DNA of 64,000 bases. It comes from Mobula hypostoma. Taxonomy: Eukaryota. Below, one piece after another: positions 48,605 to 61,575 of the stretch (positions are counted from its first letter, which is position 1; every line of letters starts with the position of its first letter). Under the pieces are notes generated by a model, which saw only the letters and a program-made list of their open reading frames with translations, made no database searches and was not told the origin of the DNA. The stretch lies in contig NC_086108.1 of assembly GCF_963921235.1 (NCBI RefSeq), positions 90,894,001 to 90,958,000 of the forward strand, written 5' to 3'. Position numbers and translations under genes: made by a program.

Positions 48605-49445
48605 ATAGAACAGAACGGTAGAGCACAGTATAGACTCTTCAGCCCATGATGTTATGCCAATATTTTAACATACTCTAATTTAATGGTTTCCTGTTGCATA
48701 GTCCTCCATTTTTCTTTCATCCATGTGCCAGTCTAAAATCTCTTAAATATCTCTAATATATCTGCCTGTACCATCGTTACCTACCAATCTCTGTGTAAAA
48801 AAACCTATCTCTGCCACCCACCCACCATACTTTCCTCTAAACCCCTTAGAATTATGCCCTCTCATATCAGCCAATAGCACACTAGGAAAAAGTTGCTGAC
48901 TCTTAACAATATTATTGCAATTTATCATCTGAAACACACCAGTCAGGTCTCCTCTCATCCTCTGCTCCAAAGAGAAAAGTCTTAGCTCCATCAGCCTTTC
49001 CTCATAAGACATACTTCCCCATCTAGGCAGCATCCTGGTAAATCTCTTCTCATCCTGCCTAAAGTTTCCACATCCTCCCTATAATGAGGTGATCAGAACT
49101 GAATATAATACTCCAAGTGTGGCCGTACCAGAGATTTATAGAACTGCAACATTAACTCACAGGTCTTAAATTCAATCCCTTGGCTAATGAAGGGCAACAC
49201 AACAAATGCCTTCTTAACCACCCTATCAACTTGTGCAGCAAATTTGTGAGATCTATGGACATAGACCCCAAAATCCATCTGTTCCTCCGCACAGCTAAGG
49301 ATTTTACCATTAGCCATATAGTCTTCTTTCAAGTTCAACCTTCCAAAGTGTATCACTTCACTCTTTTCCAAATTGAAGTCTAGCTCAGCATCCTATCAAT
49401 GACCTATTCTAACTTCTTACACTATCCACAACACCGCCAACTGTC
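48605..49445 (-). mobile_element. CR1 3' fragment
   Basis: EVIHFGRLNLK...QVDRVVKKAF...IEFKTCELMLQFYKSLVRPHLEYYIQF; SYEERLMELRLFSLEQR. Confidence 0.9.
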
Positions 49446-50164
49446 CTGTATTCCTTTGTTTTATAGCCAAATAACATTCAGATGGCAGAAAGATGAGAAT
49501 TATCCAAGGACTTCAAATGTCAAGGCAGTGCTCTGCACTACTGTCTTGCCGTTGATGTACATATGCATCCAACAGACAATAAAAAAACATTGTGTGGAGC
49601 TCCTCAGGACCAAGCCCATTTAACAGTCCAGAGCTGTTTATGAAACTGCTCATCTGGCATTTTCAGTGGCCTGAATATTGTGCATTACCTGAATCTACCT
49701 ACATAGTCAGGAGCTTGCTTTATTTGTTTGCTTTGATAGGATGAACAGACACAGAACTGCACTTCAAGCTGCTAAAAGTAGGCACTCCAGTTATTAGCAT
49801 CCACAGTTGGCAGTCTTGTAAAGCAGCAAAGTCTTTCTAATGGGAATTCAATCTTTCCTAAAAACTGAACTAAAAATGGTGATCAATATGCTTACTCTCT
49901 CTAACTCCAAAGCCCTCCCTCCTACCAAGTCCATAATAAGCCCACAGGGTCATTAAATGTTATGAGGAACTAGGTAAGAAGTAGTACCTTCAGCTACTTT
50001 CGGTAACACAAGCATCCAACTAAATAATTTGTCAATGTTTGTTAAAGTGTGCGCAAGAATCACTGGCCATTCTTAGTCACGGAATCCTTGCAGCATCATG
50101 AAGACAATTGAATGCTTTTCTCAGTAAGAGTGAGAATATCCGCTTTTTTAAGGAAGACAAGGAG

Positions 50165-50400
50165 CATAGAATGTAGAACAGTAGAGCACAGGAACAGTCC
50201 CTTAAGTCCAGAAGGTTGTGTTGAACTAATGAAGCTAATGATGTCTAATCTCTTTTGCTTGCACGTGGTCCATGTCCCTCCATTCTCTACATGTTCAGGT
50301 GCCAAGCTAAGATCCTCTGAGTCACCTCTGTTGTATCTGCCTCTATTACCACCTCTTGCAACACATTCCAGGCACTTAACATCGTCTGTGTGGAAAAAAA
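50165..50400 (-). mobile_element. CR1 3' end
   Basis: Reverse tail CATAGAATGTAGAACAGTAGAGCACAGGAACAG. Confidence 0.7.
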
Positions 50401-50570
50401 AACAGTCCTGCCCATCCCCATTGCATGCCTTCAAAATAGTAGACATTTCAAAGTTTCAAACGAGTTTCAGCCAGAGGCAAAGGGTGCTCTCTGTCGATTT
50501 TACTTATACTTCTTTCATAAACTTATAATAGGTCTCCACTCCGCTTCCACTGCACCAGCAAGAAAACAAT

Positions 50571-50857
50571 GATAAAGGTAATTTGTATTGGTCACATGCA
50601 CATGAAAAATATGTCAAATCAGCGAGGGTTGTTCTGAGCAGCCCACAAGTATTGCCAGTTTCCGGCACCAGCATAGCAGACCCACATCTCGCTGACCCTA
50701 ATTAAACATCTTCAGAATCTGGAAGGGAGCCAGAGCACCTGGAGGAAATCATGTCGTCACTGGGAGAATGTACGAACTCCTTACGAACAGTGGCAGGATT
50801 TGAACCCCGATCTTACAACTGGTGTTACAATAAACGGCCATATTCATATCTACCATA
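50571..50857 (-). mobile_element. V-SINE
   Basis: GAGCACCTGGAGGAAATCATGTCGTCACTGGGAGAATGTACGAACTCC; reverse B-box-like GGATTTGAACCCC. Confidence 0.8.
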
Positions 50858-51015
50858 GATTCCCAAATAAAATCAGATACTGGAAATAGGGAATAACATA
50901 TGTTGTAATGTCCCACATGGATGTTATGGGCCAAATTCTGTGCTTGACCGCAACTCTATGCCTGTTCTTATAACTGAGGCAGAAAGGAATTGCAGTCTCT
51001 AATTGTTGGATTAGT

Positions 51016-52947
51016 CTGCACCTGAATTGGAGGGGGACTAATATTCTAGAGGGAAGGTTTGTTAATGCTGCACAATGGGGTTTAAACTGGGGTTGCAGGA
51101 GATGAGAACCAGAGTGCAACAACAGTTAGTGGAAAGGTTGTGGAGGCAGAAGTTGGTAAGACCTCAGACAAAGTAAGGAATCAAAAGGTTGAGCGTGGTG
51201 CAACTTGTGTCCTGAGCTGCATGTATTTCTATGCAAGAAGAGGTGTAGGAAAAGTGGATAATAATGCTGAAGATGAGGTAACTAGTCAGAGACAATGTGT
51301 AGTGAAGAGAGGCTGTTCATAGGACAATATTCCAGTCAACAGGATGAGTTGCAACGTAAAAGGTAGACAAAATCGAAAAGGTGAATACAGGACTGAAGGT
51401 GTTATATTTGAATGTGCACAGTATACGGAATAAGGTAGATGAACTTGTAGCACAGTTGCATATTGGCATGTATGATGTGGGCATCACTGAATCATGGCTG
51501 GAAGAAGATTATAGCTGGGATCTTGATGTTGAAGGATACGCATTGTATAAAAAGGACAGACAGGAAGGCAAAGAGGGTGGTGTTTCTCTGTTGGTGGAAA
51601 AATGGAAAATCAAATCATTAGAAGGAGGCAACATAGGGGCGGAAGGTATTGAATCATTGTGGATAGGGCTAAGGAACTGCAAGGGTAAAAAGGTCCTGAT
51701 GGTAGTTGTATACAGACTCCCAAACAGTAGTAAGAACGTGACCTACAAATTGCAATGGGAAATAGAAAATGCATGCCAAAAGGGCAATGTCACAATAGCC
51801 ATGGAGGACTTCAAAATGAAGGTAGTTTTGGAAAATCATGACTGTTACTGGATTCCAGGATGGCTTTTTAGAGAAGCTCGTGGTTGAGGCCACTAGGGGA
51901 TCAGCTATTTTGGATTGGGTGTTGTGCAATGAACCAGAATTGATTACAGAGCTTAAGGTAAATGAACTGTTAGGGGAAGTGATCATAATATAATCAAATT
52001 CACCCAGAAATTTGAGAAGAAGCTAAAGTCAGATGCACCAGTATTACAATGGATTAAAGGAAATTACAGAGGCATGAGAGAGAAGTTGGCCAGAACTGAT
52101 TGGAAAAGAACAATTAACAAGAGAAGTCAAAGCCAAAGAGAGGGTATATAAGAGAGCAGAGATTAGTAGGAAGTTAGAAGATTGGGAAGCTTTTAAAAAC
52201 CACCAGAATGCAACTATGAAAGTCATTAAGAAAGTAAAGATGGGATACAAAAGTAAGCTAGCCAGTAATACTATACTGGATACCAAAAGTTTCTTCAGAT
52301 ACATAAAGAGTAACAAAGAGGCAAAAGTGGATATCAGATGGCTGGAAAACAATGCTGGAGAGATATTAATGGGGGGATAAGGAAATGGCGGACAAACTGA
52401 ATAAGTATTTTGCATCAGTCTTCACTGTCAATAGCACTAGCAGTATGGTGAGCAGTTGTAGGCCCATTATCTTAGAAAGGATGTGCTGAAACTGGACAGG
52501 GTTCAAAGGAGGTTCATGAAAATGATTCCAAGATTGAATAGCTTATCATATGAAAAGCTTTTGATGGCTCTGGGTCTGTATTCACTAGAATTCAGAATAA
52601 TAGGGCGACCTAATTGAAACCTATCAAATGGTGAAAGGCCGGATGTTCCCTATGGTGGGAGTGTCTAAGACCAGAAGATAGAGCTTCAACATAGAGGGGT
52701 GTTCTTTTAGAACAGAGATGAGGAGGAATTTCAATACAGGCCCTCTGGTAGTGAATCAGTGGAATTCTTTCCCACATGCAGCTGTGGATGCCAAGGTTTT
52801 ATGTATATTTAAGGCCGAAGTTGATAGATTCTTGATTAGTTAAGGCATGAAGGGATATGGGGATTGGAGCTGAGAGGAAAATTGATGAAATGGCAGAGCA
52901 GACTTGATGGACCAAATGGCTTAATTCTGCTCCTATATCTTATGGTT
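51016..52947 (+). mobile_element. CR1 LINE: ORF1 C-terminus, ORF2 endonuclease, RT deleted, 3' end
   Basis: LHLNWRGTNILEGRF (end of an esterase-type ORF1); ORF 51381-51887 KVLYLNVHSIRNKVDEL...GITESWL...VVYRLP (APE endonuclease). The sequence jumps at ~52442-52450 to the C-terminal YLRKDVL.L.RVQRRF. Confidence 0.88.
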
Positions 52948-54059
52948 TAACTGGTCTGTAACCATTACAGTTAATGTAGTGTTCAAATGTAAAATTTGGT
53001 CAGAATTGCCGCAGTGAATTCATCAGGAGGTTATCCAGTCTCTTCTGGAAAGACAGGAATCTATTTCATGGTTAACAAGTTCATTTCCACAGCTGAACAC
53101 TAGTGAAATATTGTACAGTGATTGCCATGTACTTATGATGGTGCTCATTGAGGCACCTACAGGAGTACAAAAGGCAAGGTTTCATTTCCTTGACATCTAT
53201 CACAGCAGAGTGCTCCCACGCAAGCCTAGCATCATGGTTACATACTGTGCTTTATAAAATTTAGCCAAGAAATATAGATCTCAACCAGATGTGGCATTAG
53301 TAATCCGAAGACTGTTCTTTACAAGGACATCGATAGTGAGTTCATTAGCAAGATAAATTCCATGGATTAAATTGGTATCCTTAGCAACAGTGCATCAATG
53401 CATCTGAGCAACCTTTTTCCACTCATTCCCTGATATAAATATCTCTCTGGACACCATTATCTCTATAAGAATTCATTGAATAGCAGGCCCAGAATAAAAT
53501 TAACAACAGTAATTGACAGTACACTCAGCAAGAGGAGCCCGCAGATGATACAACCAGGAGGGATAGTGCAAGAAGAGACAAAAAATGGAAAAGAAGCTAA
53601 AAAGATTCAGCAGCTAGAAACATGGGATTTGGATTTCCAGGTTTACACTCTTTCTTCCTCCTTTTTTTGTTTGCAGATATTTGAGATTTTTGGCTTACTG
53701 TTTCTCTGTGATGTACTAGGCTGGCATTGTGGGGTGCAGCATAAAAGAAGTGCCTGTGTAGCAATACAAGTGCCTGAATTGGAAAAAAAAACTAATGCTA
53801 CCCAGCACACAGTCAATTAAGGGTTAGGTTGTTCATTGCAAAAAAAATGATGACCTTAACAGTATTTCCAAGCAGGTTTTCAAAATGATTGATAACTCCC
53901 ACCCATCCTCGGGATTTCTTCCACAGTTCCAGATCTAATTATCATTTTCTACTACCAATTAATTCAGTGTAAAGGAACGTCATGGCATTGTACAAAGTAA
54001 GGACGTGTCGGAACTTTTTCTCTCCTTTGTACTTGTTGTTGACTTAAATCTTTACTTTA

Positions 54060-54222
54060 ATTTCTTTAGAGAAATTTGGATAGGTACATAGTTTGCGGAC
54101 AGGGGTTGGTATGGAGTGATATGGTCCAGCTACAGATTGATTGGACTAGGCAGAATAATAGCTTGGCATGGGCTAGATGGGCAGAATGGCCTGTTTCTGT
54201 GCTGTAGTGTTCTATGACTCTA
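54060..54222 (+). mobile_element. CR1 3' end
   Basis: GGCATGGGCTAGATGGGCAGAATGGCCTGTTTCTGTGCTGTAGTGTTCTATGACTCTA. Confidence 0.75.
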
Positions 54223-54231
54223 ACTGAGTTT

Positions 54232-54340
54232 TGATCTTTCTGATGCAGGGTAATTAACTAAAAACATTAATTGTTTTTATCTCCACAAATGCTGCCTGAC
54301 CTGTTAAGTATCTCTTTAACATTTTGTTTTTATTTCCTAT
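54232..54340 (+). mobile_element. Old PLE terminal-repeat fragment
   Basis: CTGATGCAGGGT...AAACATTAATTG...ATGCTGCCTGACCTGTTAAGT...AACATTTTG. Confidence 0.5.
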
Positions 54341-55004
54341 ATCATCCATTTCAATGAATGTTTTCATGTGAAAATTGAAACATATTGTCCGAAATATTAT
54401 GCAACATGACTTTAAGCCACTGAATGTTGCAGTCAAACAATCAGGAAGCAAACAGCATCCATTGCTGTAATCAGGCTTAGCAGGATTTAGATCTGTTGGT
54501 AAACACCACTGAATGTGGATTTCATGTTCAGGATCTGAGATGGAAATGTATTTCCATTATTAATTACCGTGCATAAGAGAAACCTAAGTTTATTTTTGTT
54601 TGGGGAGGGTGGAGAATGGAGCAAATGGCTCAGAGAGGCATGTTAGACCAATAGGCCTCTGGAGAAAGTGGCATGCTTACAGTACATGGTTCTCCACAGT
54701 ACACAGTGGGTTAGGCCTTGATGAAACGTTGGCCTCCGGAATAACGATAACAGTAGTGCTCTGGACAAGATGATTTTTTCTTGAGAATCCTAGATCCCAC
54801 TCAATAGTCAAACCCAGTCCAGAATATATTACACCCAAGCCACGATGTTGTGAAGTCCTTAAAATTCAGTTGATAAAGCTCAAAATAAATGCCATGATTT
54901 TAATTGTTAAAAATTCAAAGATTCAAAATACACTTACAGTCAAAGTATGTATACAGGATAGAACTCTTAAGGTTCGTCCTCCTGCAAGCAATCATGAAAC
55001 AAAG

Positions 55005-55900
55005 GACTGTACAGAAGGATCTGGGAGTGCTTGTGCATGAATCATAAAAGGTTGGTTTGCAGGTGCAGAGGCTAGCAAGAAGGCAAATGAAATGTTAGCC
55101 TTCATTGCTAGAGGGATTAAATTTAAGAGCAGGGAGGTTATGCTGCAACAGTATAGGGTACTAGTGAGGCCACATATGGAATACTGTGTGCAGTTCTGGT
55201 CTCCTTACTTGAAGAAAGATATACTGGCTTTGGAGGCTGTGCAGAGGAGGTTCGCCAGGTTGATGCCCGAGATGAGGGGGTTAGACTATGAGGAGAGATT
55301 GAGTCACCTGGGACTGTACTTGCTAGAATTCAGAAGAATGAGAGGAGATCGTATAGAAACATATAAAATTATGAAATGGATAGATAAGATAGAGGCAGGA
55401 AAGTTGTTTCCGCTGATAAGTGAGAGTAGGACTAGGGGACATAGCCTCAAAATTCGGGGGAGTAAATTTAGGACGCAAAGATACAAGTCAAGGCCACATC
55501 AATCTTGTCCTTTGCCTCCTTCAATAACCTGAGGTAAATCCCATCAGGCCCTGGGGACTTATCCACCTTAATACTCATTAGGATGCCGAACATTACCTCC
55601 TCCTTGATTCCTCAACACCCTAAAATATTTATACACCAGTACTGATCTGGTCCTTCAGAGAGTGGTGAATCAGTGGAATTCTCTGCCCAATGAAGCAGTG
55701 GAGGCTACCTCAGTAAATATACTTAAGACAAGGTTGGATAGATTTTTGCATAGTGGGGGATTAAGGGTTGTGGGGGAAAAGCAGGTAGGTGGAGGTGAGT
55801 CCACGGTCAGATCAGCCATGATCTTATTGGATGGCAGAACAGGCTTGATGCGCCAGATAGCCTACTCTTGTTCCTATTTCTTATGCTCTTATGTTCTTAT
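55005..55900 (+). mobile_element. CR1 3' fragment with an inverted internal patch (55478-55652)
   Basis: MLAFIARGIKFKSREVMLQQYRVLVRPHMEYCVQFWSPYLKKD...TRGHSLKI; resumes VNQWNSLP; tail (TCTTATG)n. Confidence 0.9.
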
Positions 55901-56084
55901 GAAGCACGATGAAACTTGTTCAAAGATAAACATCAAGCACCCAATGCATGAAATGAGCAAATTGCTCAAGCAGCAAAAACCAAACGAACAATGTGTTAAA
56001 TATCAACATAAACCCAGAGTCCAGGAGAATTCAGTTTAGTTCAATACATCAATGTGCCGCTAGCTAACTGCAGGCCACAGGGAA

Positions 56085-58692
56085 CGTTTGCTTGGATGTG
56101 GAGAATGTGAGTGAGGTACTTCATCAGTACTTTGCTTCAGTGATTACTAAGGAAAAGGATATGGGGGACCTGGAGATCAGTGCTGAGTGTATAAATATGT
56201 TAGGGTATTTAGGGGTCAAGGAGGAAGAAATGTTGGGCTTCCTAATGAGTATTAAGCTGGTTAAGTCACCAGAGCTTGATGGGATTTACCTCAGGTTATT
56301 GAAGGAGGCAAAGGACGAGATTGTTGGGGCCTTGACCACTATCTTTGTGTCCTCTCTAGCCACAGGTAAGGTCCCAGAGGACTGGTGAGAGGCTAATGTT
56401 TTACCTCCATTTAAGAAGGGAACAAAGGAAAACCCTGGTAACTATAGATCGGTGAGTCACACGCCAGTTGTAGAGAAATTGCTGGAGAAACCCATGGCCT
56501 AATTAAGGAGAGCCAGCATGGCTTTGTGTGAGGCAAGTCATGTCTTAATAACTTGATTGAGTTTCTTGACAAGGTGATGAGAGAGATTGATAAGGGTAGG
56601 GCAGTGGATGTTGTCTACATGGATTTTTAGTAAGGCGTTTGACAAAGTCCCTCATGAGAGGCTAATCCAGAAGATTAAGATGTGTGGGATCCATGGTGAA
56701 TTAGCTGTTTGAGTTCAGAACTGGCTTGTGCATCGAAGACAGAGGGTAGTGGCTGATGGGACTTATTCGAGCTGGAGGTCTGTAATTAGTGGCGTTCTGC
56801 AGGGATCTGTGCTGAGACCTCTGCTGTTTGGAATGATCTCGATGAAAACGTAGATAGGTGGATTGGTAAATTTGTGGGTTAGCAAGATTGGTGGAGTTGT
56901 GGATAGTGTAAAAGACTAGCGAAGAATATGGCACGAAATAAATCAGCTGAAGATATGGGCAGACAAATGGCAGATGGAGTTAAACCCAGATAAATATGAG
57001 GTGTTGCACCTTGGTAGAGAAGATGCAAGGATACAGTACTCTGATAAAGGCAAGATCCTTAACAGTGTTGCTGAGCAGAGAGATCTTGGGATCCAAGTTC
57101 ATAGTTCCTTAAAAGTGGCTATATGGGTCGATAAGGTGGTTAAGAAGGCTTACGGAATGCTTGCTTTTATTAGTCCATAAGACCATAAGATATAGGAACA
57201 GAAGTAGGCCATTCAGCCTATCAAGTCTGCTCCTCCATTCAATCATGGACTGATCCAATTCTTTCAGTCAGCCCCACACTCCTGCCTTCACCCCGTACCC
57301 TTTGATACCCTGAGGTATTGAGTTCAAAAGTCAAGAGGTTATGATGTAAATTTATAAAACTCTGGTTAGGCCACATCTGGAGTACTGCGTACAATTCTGG
57401 TTGCCCCACTATAGGAAGGATGTTGAGGCTTTGAAAAAGGTTCAGAAGAGGTTTATCAGGATGCTGCCTGGTTTAGAGGGCATGTTCTATCATGAGAGGC
57501 TGGATAAACTTGGGCTGATTTCTCTAGAGCACCAGAGGCTGAGAGATCTGATGGAGGTTTATAAGATTATGAGAGGTTTAGAGAGAGTAAACAGAGAGTA
57601 TCTGTTTCCCAGGATTGAAATGTCTAATACCAGTGCACATGTATTGAAGGTGAGAGGGTGTAGGTTCAAGGAGAATGTAAGGATAAGTTTTTTGCTCAGA
57701 GAATCGGGTATGCTTGGAATGAATTGCATGGTATAGTGGTAGAGGCATATACATTCATCATCATCAGGTGCCATGCCCAGTTTGAGCTTTGACTGCCATG
57801 GCCCACACACTCTTGTTTCGGGTCAAGTGGATCAATTCATTGGTATTCATTTCCGTTCTCTGACTGCTGTCTCCATCATCATTTGTTTTTGTCTTCCTCT
57901 TGCTTTCTTCCCTTCAATCTTTCCCATAATTACCGTGCATTCTAACTCCTCTTTCCTAATCACATGTCCAATGAAGTTACGTTGCCTTTTCATGATCTCG
58001 TACATTATTTCTCTTTTTGTGTTTGCTCTGTTCATGACATCCTCATTAGATATTCGTTTCGTCCATGATATTCTTTGCATCCTCCTCAAAAGCCACATCT
58101 TTGCTGCTTCAATTCATTTCCTCATGTTACTAGATATTGTCCAACATTCTGAGCAATATAACATAACTGGATAGACGTAACATTTCAGTATTCTGAGGTA
58201 GGTTGTCATGCCTAGTTTAGTATTGGTCAGTATACTTTTCATTCTCATAAAGGTGTCTTTTGCCATCCCTATTCTTCTTTTGATGTCCATGTCACATCTG
58301 CCATCTGATGTCACCCAGCTTTCTAAGCAGCAAAAGTTCTGTACTTGTTTTATGTCTTCCCCATTTACTTTCTGCCTGCAGATAGGATTCTCCTTCTTTT
58401 TGGATATCACCACACATTCTGTCTTTTTGCGATTGATAGATAGACCCATTTTTGCACTTTCTTCAACAACTATATCAGTTAAGATTTGTAGTTCTTCCTC
58501 TGTACTTGCAATTAACACATATACATTAGAGGTTTCTAAGAGATGTTTGGCACATGCATATAAGGAAGATGGAGGGACATTGTATTGTGTAGGTAGGAAA
58601 GATTAGCGTTTAGATATTTTTGATTTGCTTTTTAGCTGGTCGGCACAATATTGTGGGCTGAACGGCCTGTTCCTGTGCTATAATATTCCATG
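56085..58692 (+). mobile_element. CR1 LINE RT region to 3' end, with nested reverse CR1 tail (57175-57312) and RTE
   Basis: KSPELDGIYLRLLKE...TGKVPEDW; SQHGF; VDVVYMDF/KAFDKV; MELNPDKYEVLHLG; PHYRKDVEALKKVQKRFIRMLPG. Confidence 0.9.
57756..58517 (-). mobile_element. RTE-clade LINE 3' fragment
   Basis: LIASTEEELQ...GLSINRKKT...DIKRRIGMAK...VMLYCSECWT; WLLRRMQRISWT..ISNEDV...FIGHVIR...GKIEGKKARGRQ; (TGA)n tail; 10-bp TSD CATATACATT (57746-57755 / 58518-58527). Confidence 0.92.
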
Positions 58693-58699
58693 TCTTCTG

Positions 58700-59240
58700 T
58701 CATGTGCCCAAGACCGCATCGATTGCCCAGATCAAACTGCTCAAAAACAGCAAAAAAATAAGTAACCAGAATCCAGAACCACTTGTACCATGAACCTCAA
58801 AGTCTCCCAAAACAAATCCACAGCCACCAGCCTTGCCAGTCAGTCCTTGTAACATGGATCCTGTACTTTCCTTTGACGGCAGCTCGCAAGAGAGCGAGAA
58901 TGACTGGTCAAAATAAAGGCAGACAATGCCGAACACCCACCCATCTTCCGCTCTTGCCTTCGTTGACTTCAGCCTTGCTCAACATCTCAAATGGAGAGAA
59001 GCAATGGAGTCAATCATGCGTACTTGCCCTGTCTCCAGGCTTCCAGACCACCCCCAACCTCATCGAACTCCCTTAGAGAAAGCAAAACACCAGGTCTTTC
59101 AATCAGCCCAAAAACACACCATCAAAATGTAAATTGCAGATTCTAATCACACGCAGCTTAGAAGTAGAGTCATATTTAAAGGAAGAAGGAGTTAAAGAAT
59201 TAGTTTCATGAACTATCTGAAGGATGACACCATCTTGTTT
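58700..59240 (-). mobile_element. AAGATGG-headed non-LTR 5' region
   Basis: Minus-strand CAAGATGGTGTC at 59226-59237; GC-rich body. Confidence 0.35.
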
Positions 59241-59352
59241 GCTGGCATTGTCTTGAAGCCATCTATTTTCTAAATTAAAATTTATATATTTTTAAATGAA
59301 TTCTAGCTCCGTATATTGCAGAAAATATGGTAACAAGTTTGAGAATGTGCAT

Positions 59353-59458
59353 CCACAAACGAGAATATCTGCAGATGCTGGAAATCCGAACAATAGACAC
59401 TAAATGCTGGAGGAACTCAGCAGGCCTTTTGAGTTGGTCTAGCATTTTGTGTCTGTTG
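59353..59458 (-). mobile_element. Fold-back PLE mini-element (106 bp)
   Basis: Arms AAATGCTGGAGGAACTCA / TGAGTTGGTCTAGCATTT; perfect 14-bp TSD TTGAGAATGTGCAT (59339-59352 / 59459-59472). Confidence 0.85.
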
Positions 59459-59579
59459 TTGAGAATGTGCATGTTCAATTTAAGCATAGAAATGCAGCTC
59501 CCAGAGATACCCTGCTCCATCACTGCATACAGGGTTACATTTCCTCACAAACAGAACATGTGCAAGACAACATGAAGCT

Positions 59580-60068
59580 TTAACAGATGTACCGTGGAGG
59601 GCACTCCAGCCGGTTGCATCACCATCTAGTGTGGAGGGGCCACTGCACAAGATGGGAAAGAGTTGCAGAACATTGTAAACTCTTCCACCTCCATCATGGG
59701 CACCAGTCTCGCAAGCATCAAGGCACCTTCAAAAGGCGAAGCCTCAAAAAGACAGCATCCATCATTAAGGATCCAGATCACCCAGGTCATGCTCTCTTCT
59801 CAATGCTGGCATCAAGGAGGAGACACAGGAACCTAAAGGCACGCACTTAACATTTCAGGCACGAATTCTTGCCCTCCACCATCAGATTTCTGAATGGACA
59901 ATGAACCCATGAACACTACCTCAGTATTCTTAACTTCTCTTTTTGTACCACCCATTTTATTTTATATATACTTATTGAAATTTACAGTTTTTATTATTAT
60001 GTATTGCAATATACTGTAGCCTCAAAGCAGAAAAAATCACGACATATGCCAGCAGCTTCTGATTCCAA
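59580..60068 (+). mobile_element. Rex1/Babar 3' fragment
   Basis: FKRRSLKKTASIIKDPDHPGHALFSMLAS.RR.RNLKART. Confidence 0.85.
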
Positions 60069-60294
60069 TTACTCATTCTGAAGGGGAGCACCAGAAACAC
60101 GTCACCCAGAAGTAATTGCTCAATAAATATTAATTACTAGCAAATCCAGACCGTGAAAATTAGTTTTCTGAGGGTGGACCCGCCTTTGCTCAGGAAGAAA
60201 ATCGATGTTGGGGGAAAAGATCCCCAAAATTGATTTTCTAAATAAAAACTCAAACAAGTTTTGACTTACTTTTTTCTCTCCATGCCATGTTTAT

Positions 60295-60945
60295 TTCCTA
60301 ATCTTCCAAATACAATCTGATGCAATTTGAGGAATCAAAGAAGGGCAGCACGTACGCAGTAAATGGTTGGGCTCTAACGAATGTTGATGAACAGAGAGAC
60401 CGAGAGGTAGAAGTCCATAGACCGCTGAAAGTGGCAGCGCAAGTGGATTGGGTATGGAAGAATGGTGGTGGATGCATGCCTTCAGCTGCCATGACATAGA
60501 ACGTAAGAGCTGGGAGATTATGTTGCAGCTTTATAGAACATTAGTTAGGCTATACCTGGAATACCGTGTGCAGTTCCAGTCATCATGCAGGAGGAAAGGT
60601 GTGATTGTGCTGGAGTGGGTGCTGAGGAGATTCACCAGGCTAGTCCCGGATTGGCACATTGTGATTATAAAGAGAAAATGTGTGAAAAGCTACATTTTTT
60701 TTTCCCTGGAGGAAAGTAAGTTCGTTACTGGGGGGAGGTGGGAGATGCAGTACATATGTAGTATTACAAGGGCATTAGGTTTGGAGGTAGTAAAAATCTT
60801 TTTCCTGTGGTCTAAGAAAGAGGACATATGTTTAAGGTGAGATGTAGGAGATTTAGAGGGAATCTGGGGGAAATTTTTTTCACACAGGAGGTGGCATGGA
60901 TATAACGGGACTCAGGGCCTGTTTCTGTGATATATGACTTGACTG
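60295..60945 (+). mobile_element. CR1 3' fragment
   Basis: IERKSWEIMLQLYRTLVRLYLEYRVQF...VLEWVLRRFTRL. Confidence 0.85.
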
Positions 60946-61350
60946 TAACACCCGATTTTATTCTATTGCCTGGATACGATTTACATTTAACTTACGCTCC
61001 CTGATTCACATTCTCCTTTGCAGTGATGATTCTTCTGTCTAGTTTGCTGAAGAACCGCACTTCCTCTTAACTTGCTCGTAGACTGCAGTAGAGCACCGTG
61101 CTTCCATCAAATGCTAGATAAGAGAAAGTCTGCATTCTCCCACTCAACAAAAATATTGTTAGCAAGTTGAACAGTAAGCCTCATTCTTTATCAGCTGACT
61201 GCAAAATTTTGTTTGGTATCTGTTAACTATTTTAATTACCTTGAAGCCAATGTTCAAAATAAGGGTTTCAAAATACAAATAACTTATGACGTAGAATGAT
61301 GGTGGTCACAAATTGAGCTAAAGTTAGCATACAGGCAGTCCTCAGGTTAT

Positions 61351-61575
61351 AAGCACAAGAGATTGTGGAGATACTGGAAATCTTAAGCAATACAAACAAG
61401 ATTCTGGATGAACTCAGCAAGTCAGTCAGCATCTATGGAGGGAAATAAACAATTAACTTTTTTGGGCTGAGATTCAACATCAGATCTGATAAGGGGTCTC
61501 AGCCTGAAATATTGACTGTTCATTCCTCTCCATAGATGCTGCCTGACCTGCTGAGCTCCTTCAGAATTTTGTGAG
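61351..61575 (-). mobile_element. Fold-back PLE mini-element, apparently inside a Tigger/pogo-like MITE end (61331-61625)
   Basis: Palindrome centred on AGATCT (61482-61487) with degenerate hammerheads on both arms. Flanks CAGGCAGTCCTCAGGTTAT and GAGTTCTGTTC...TTTGTAAGTTGGAA. Confidence 0.75.
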
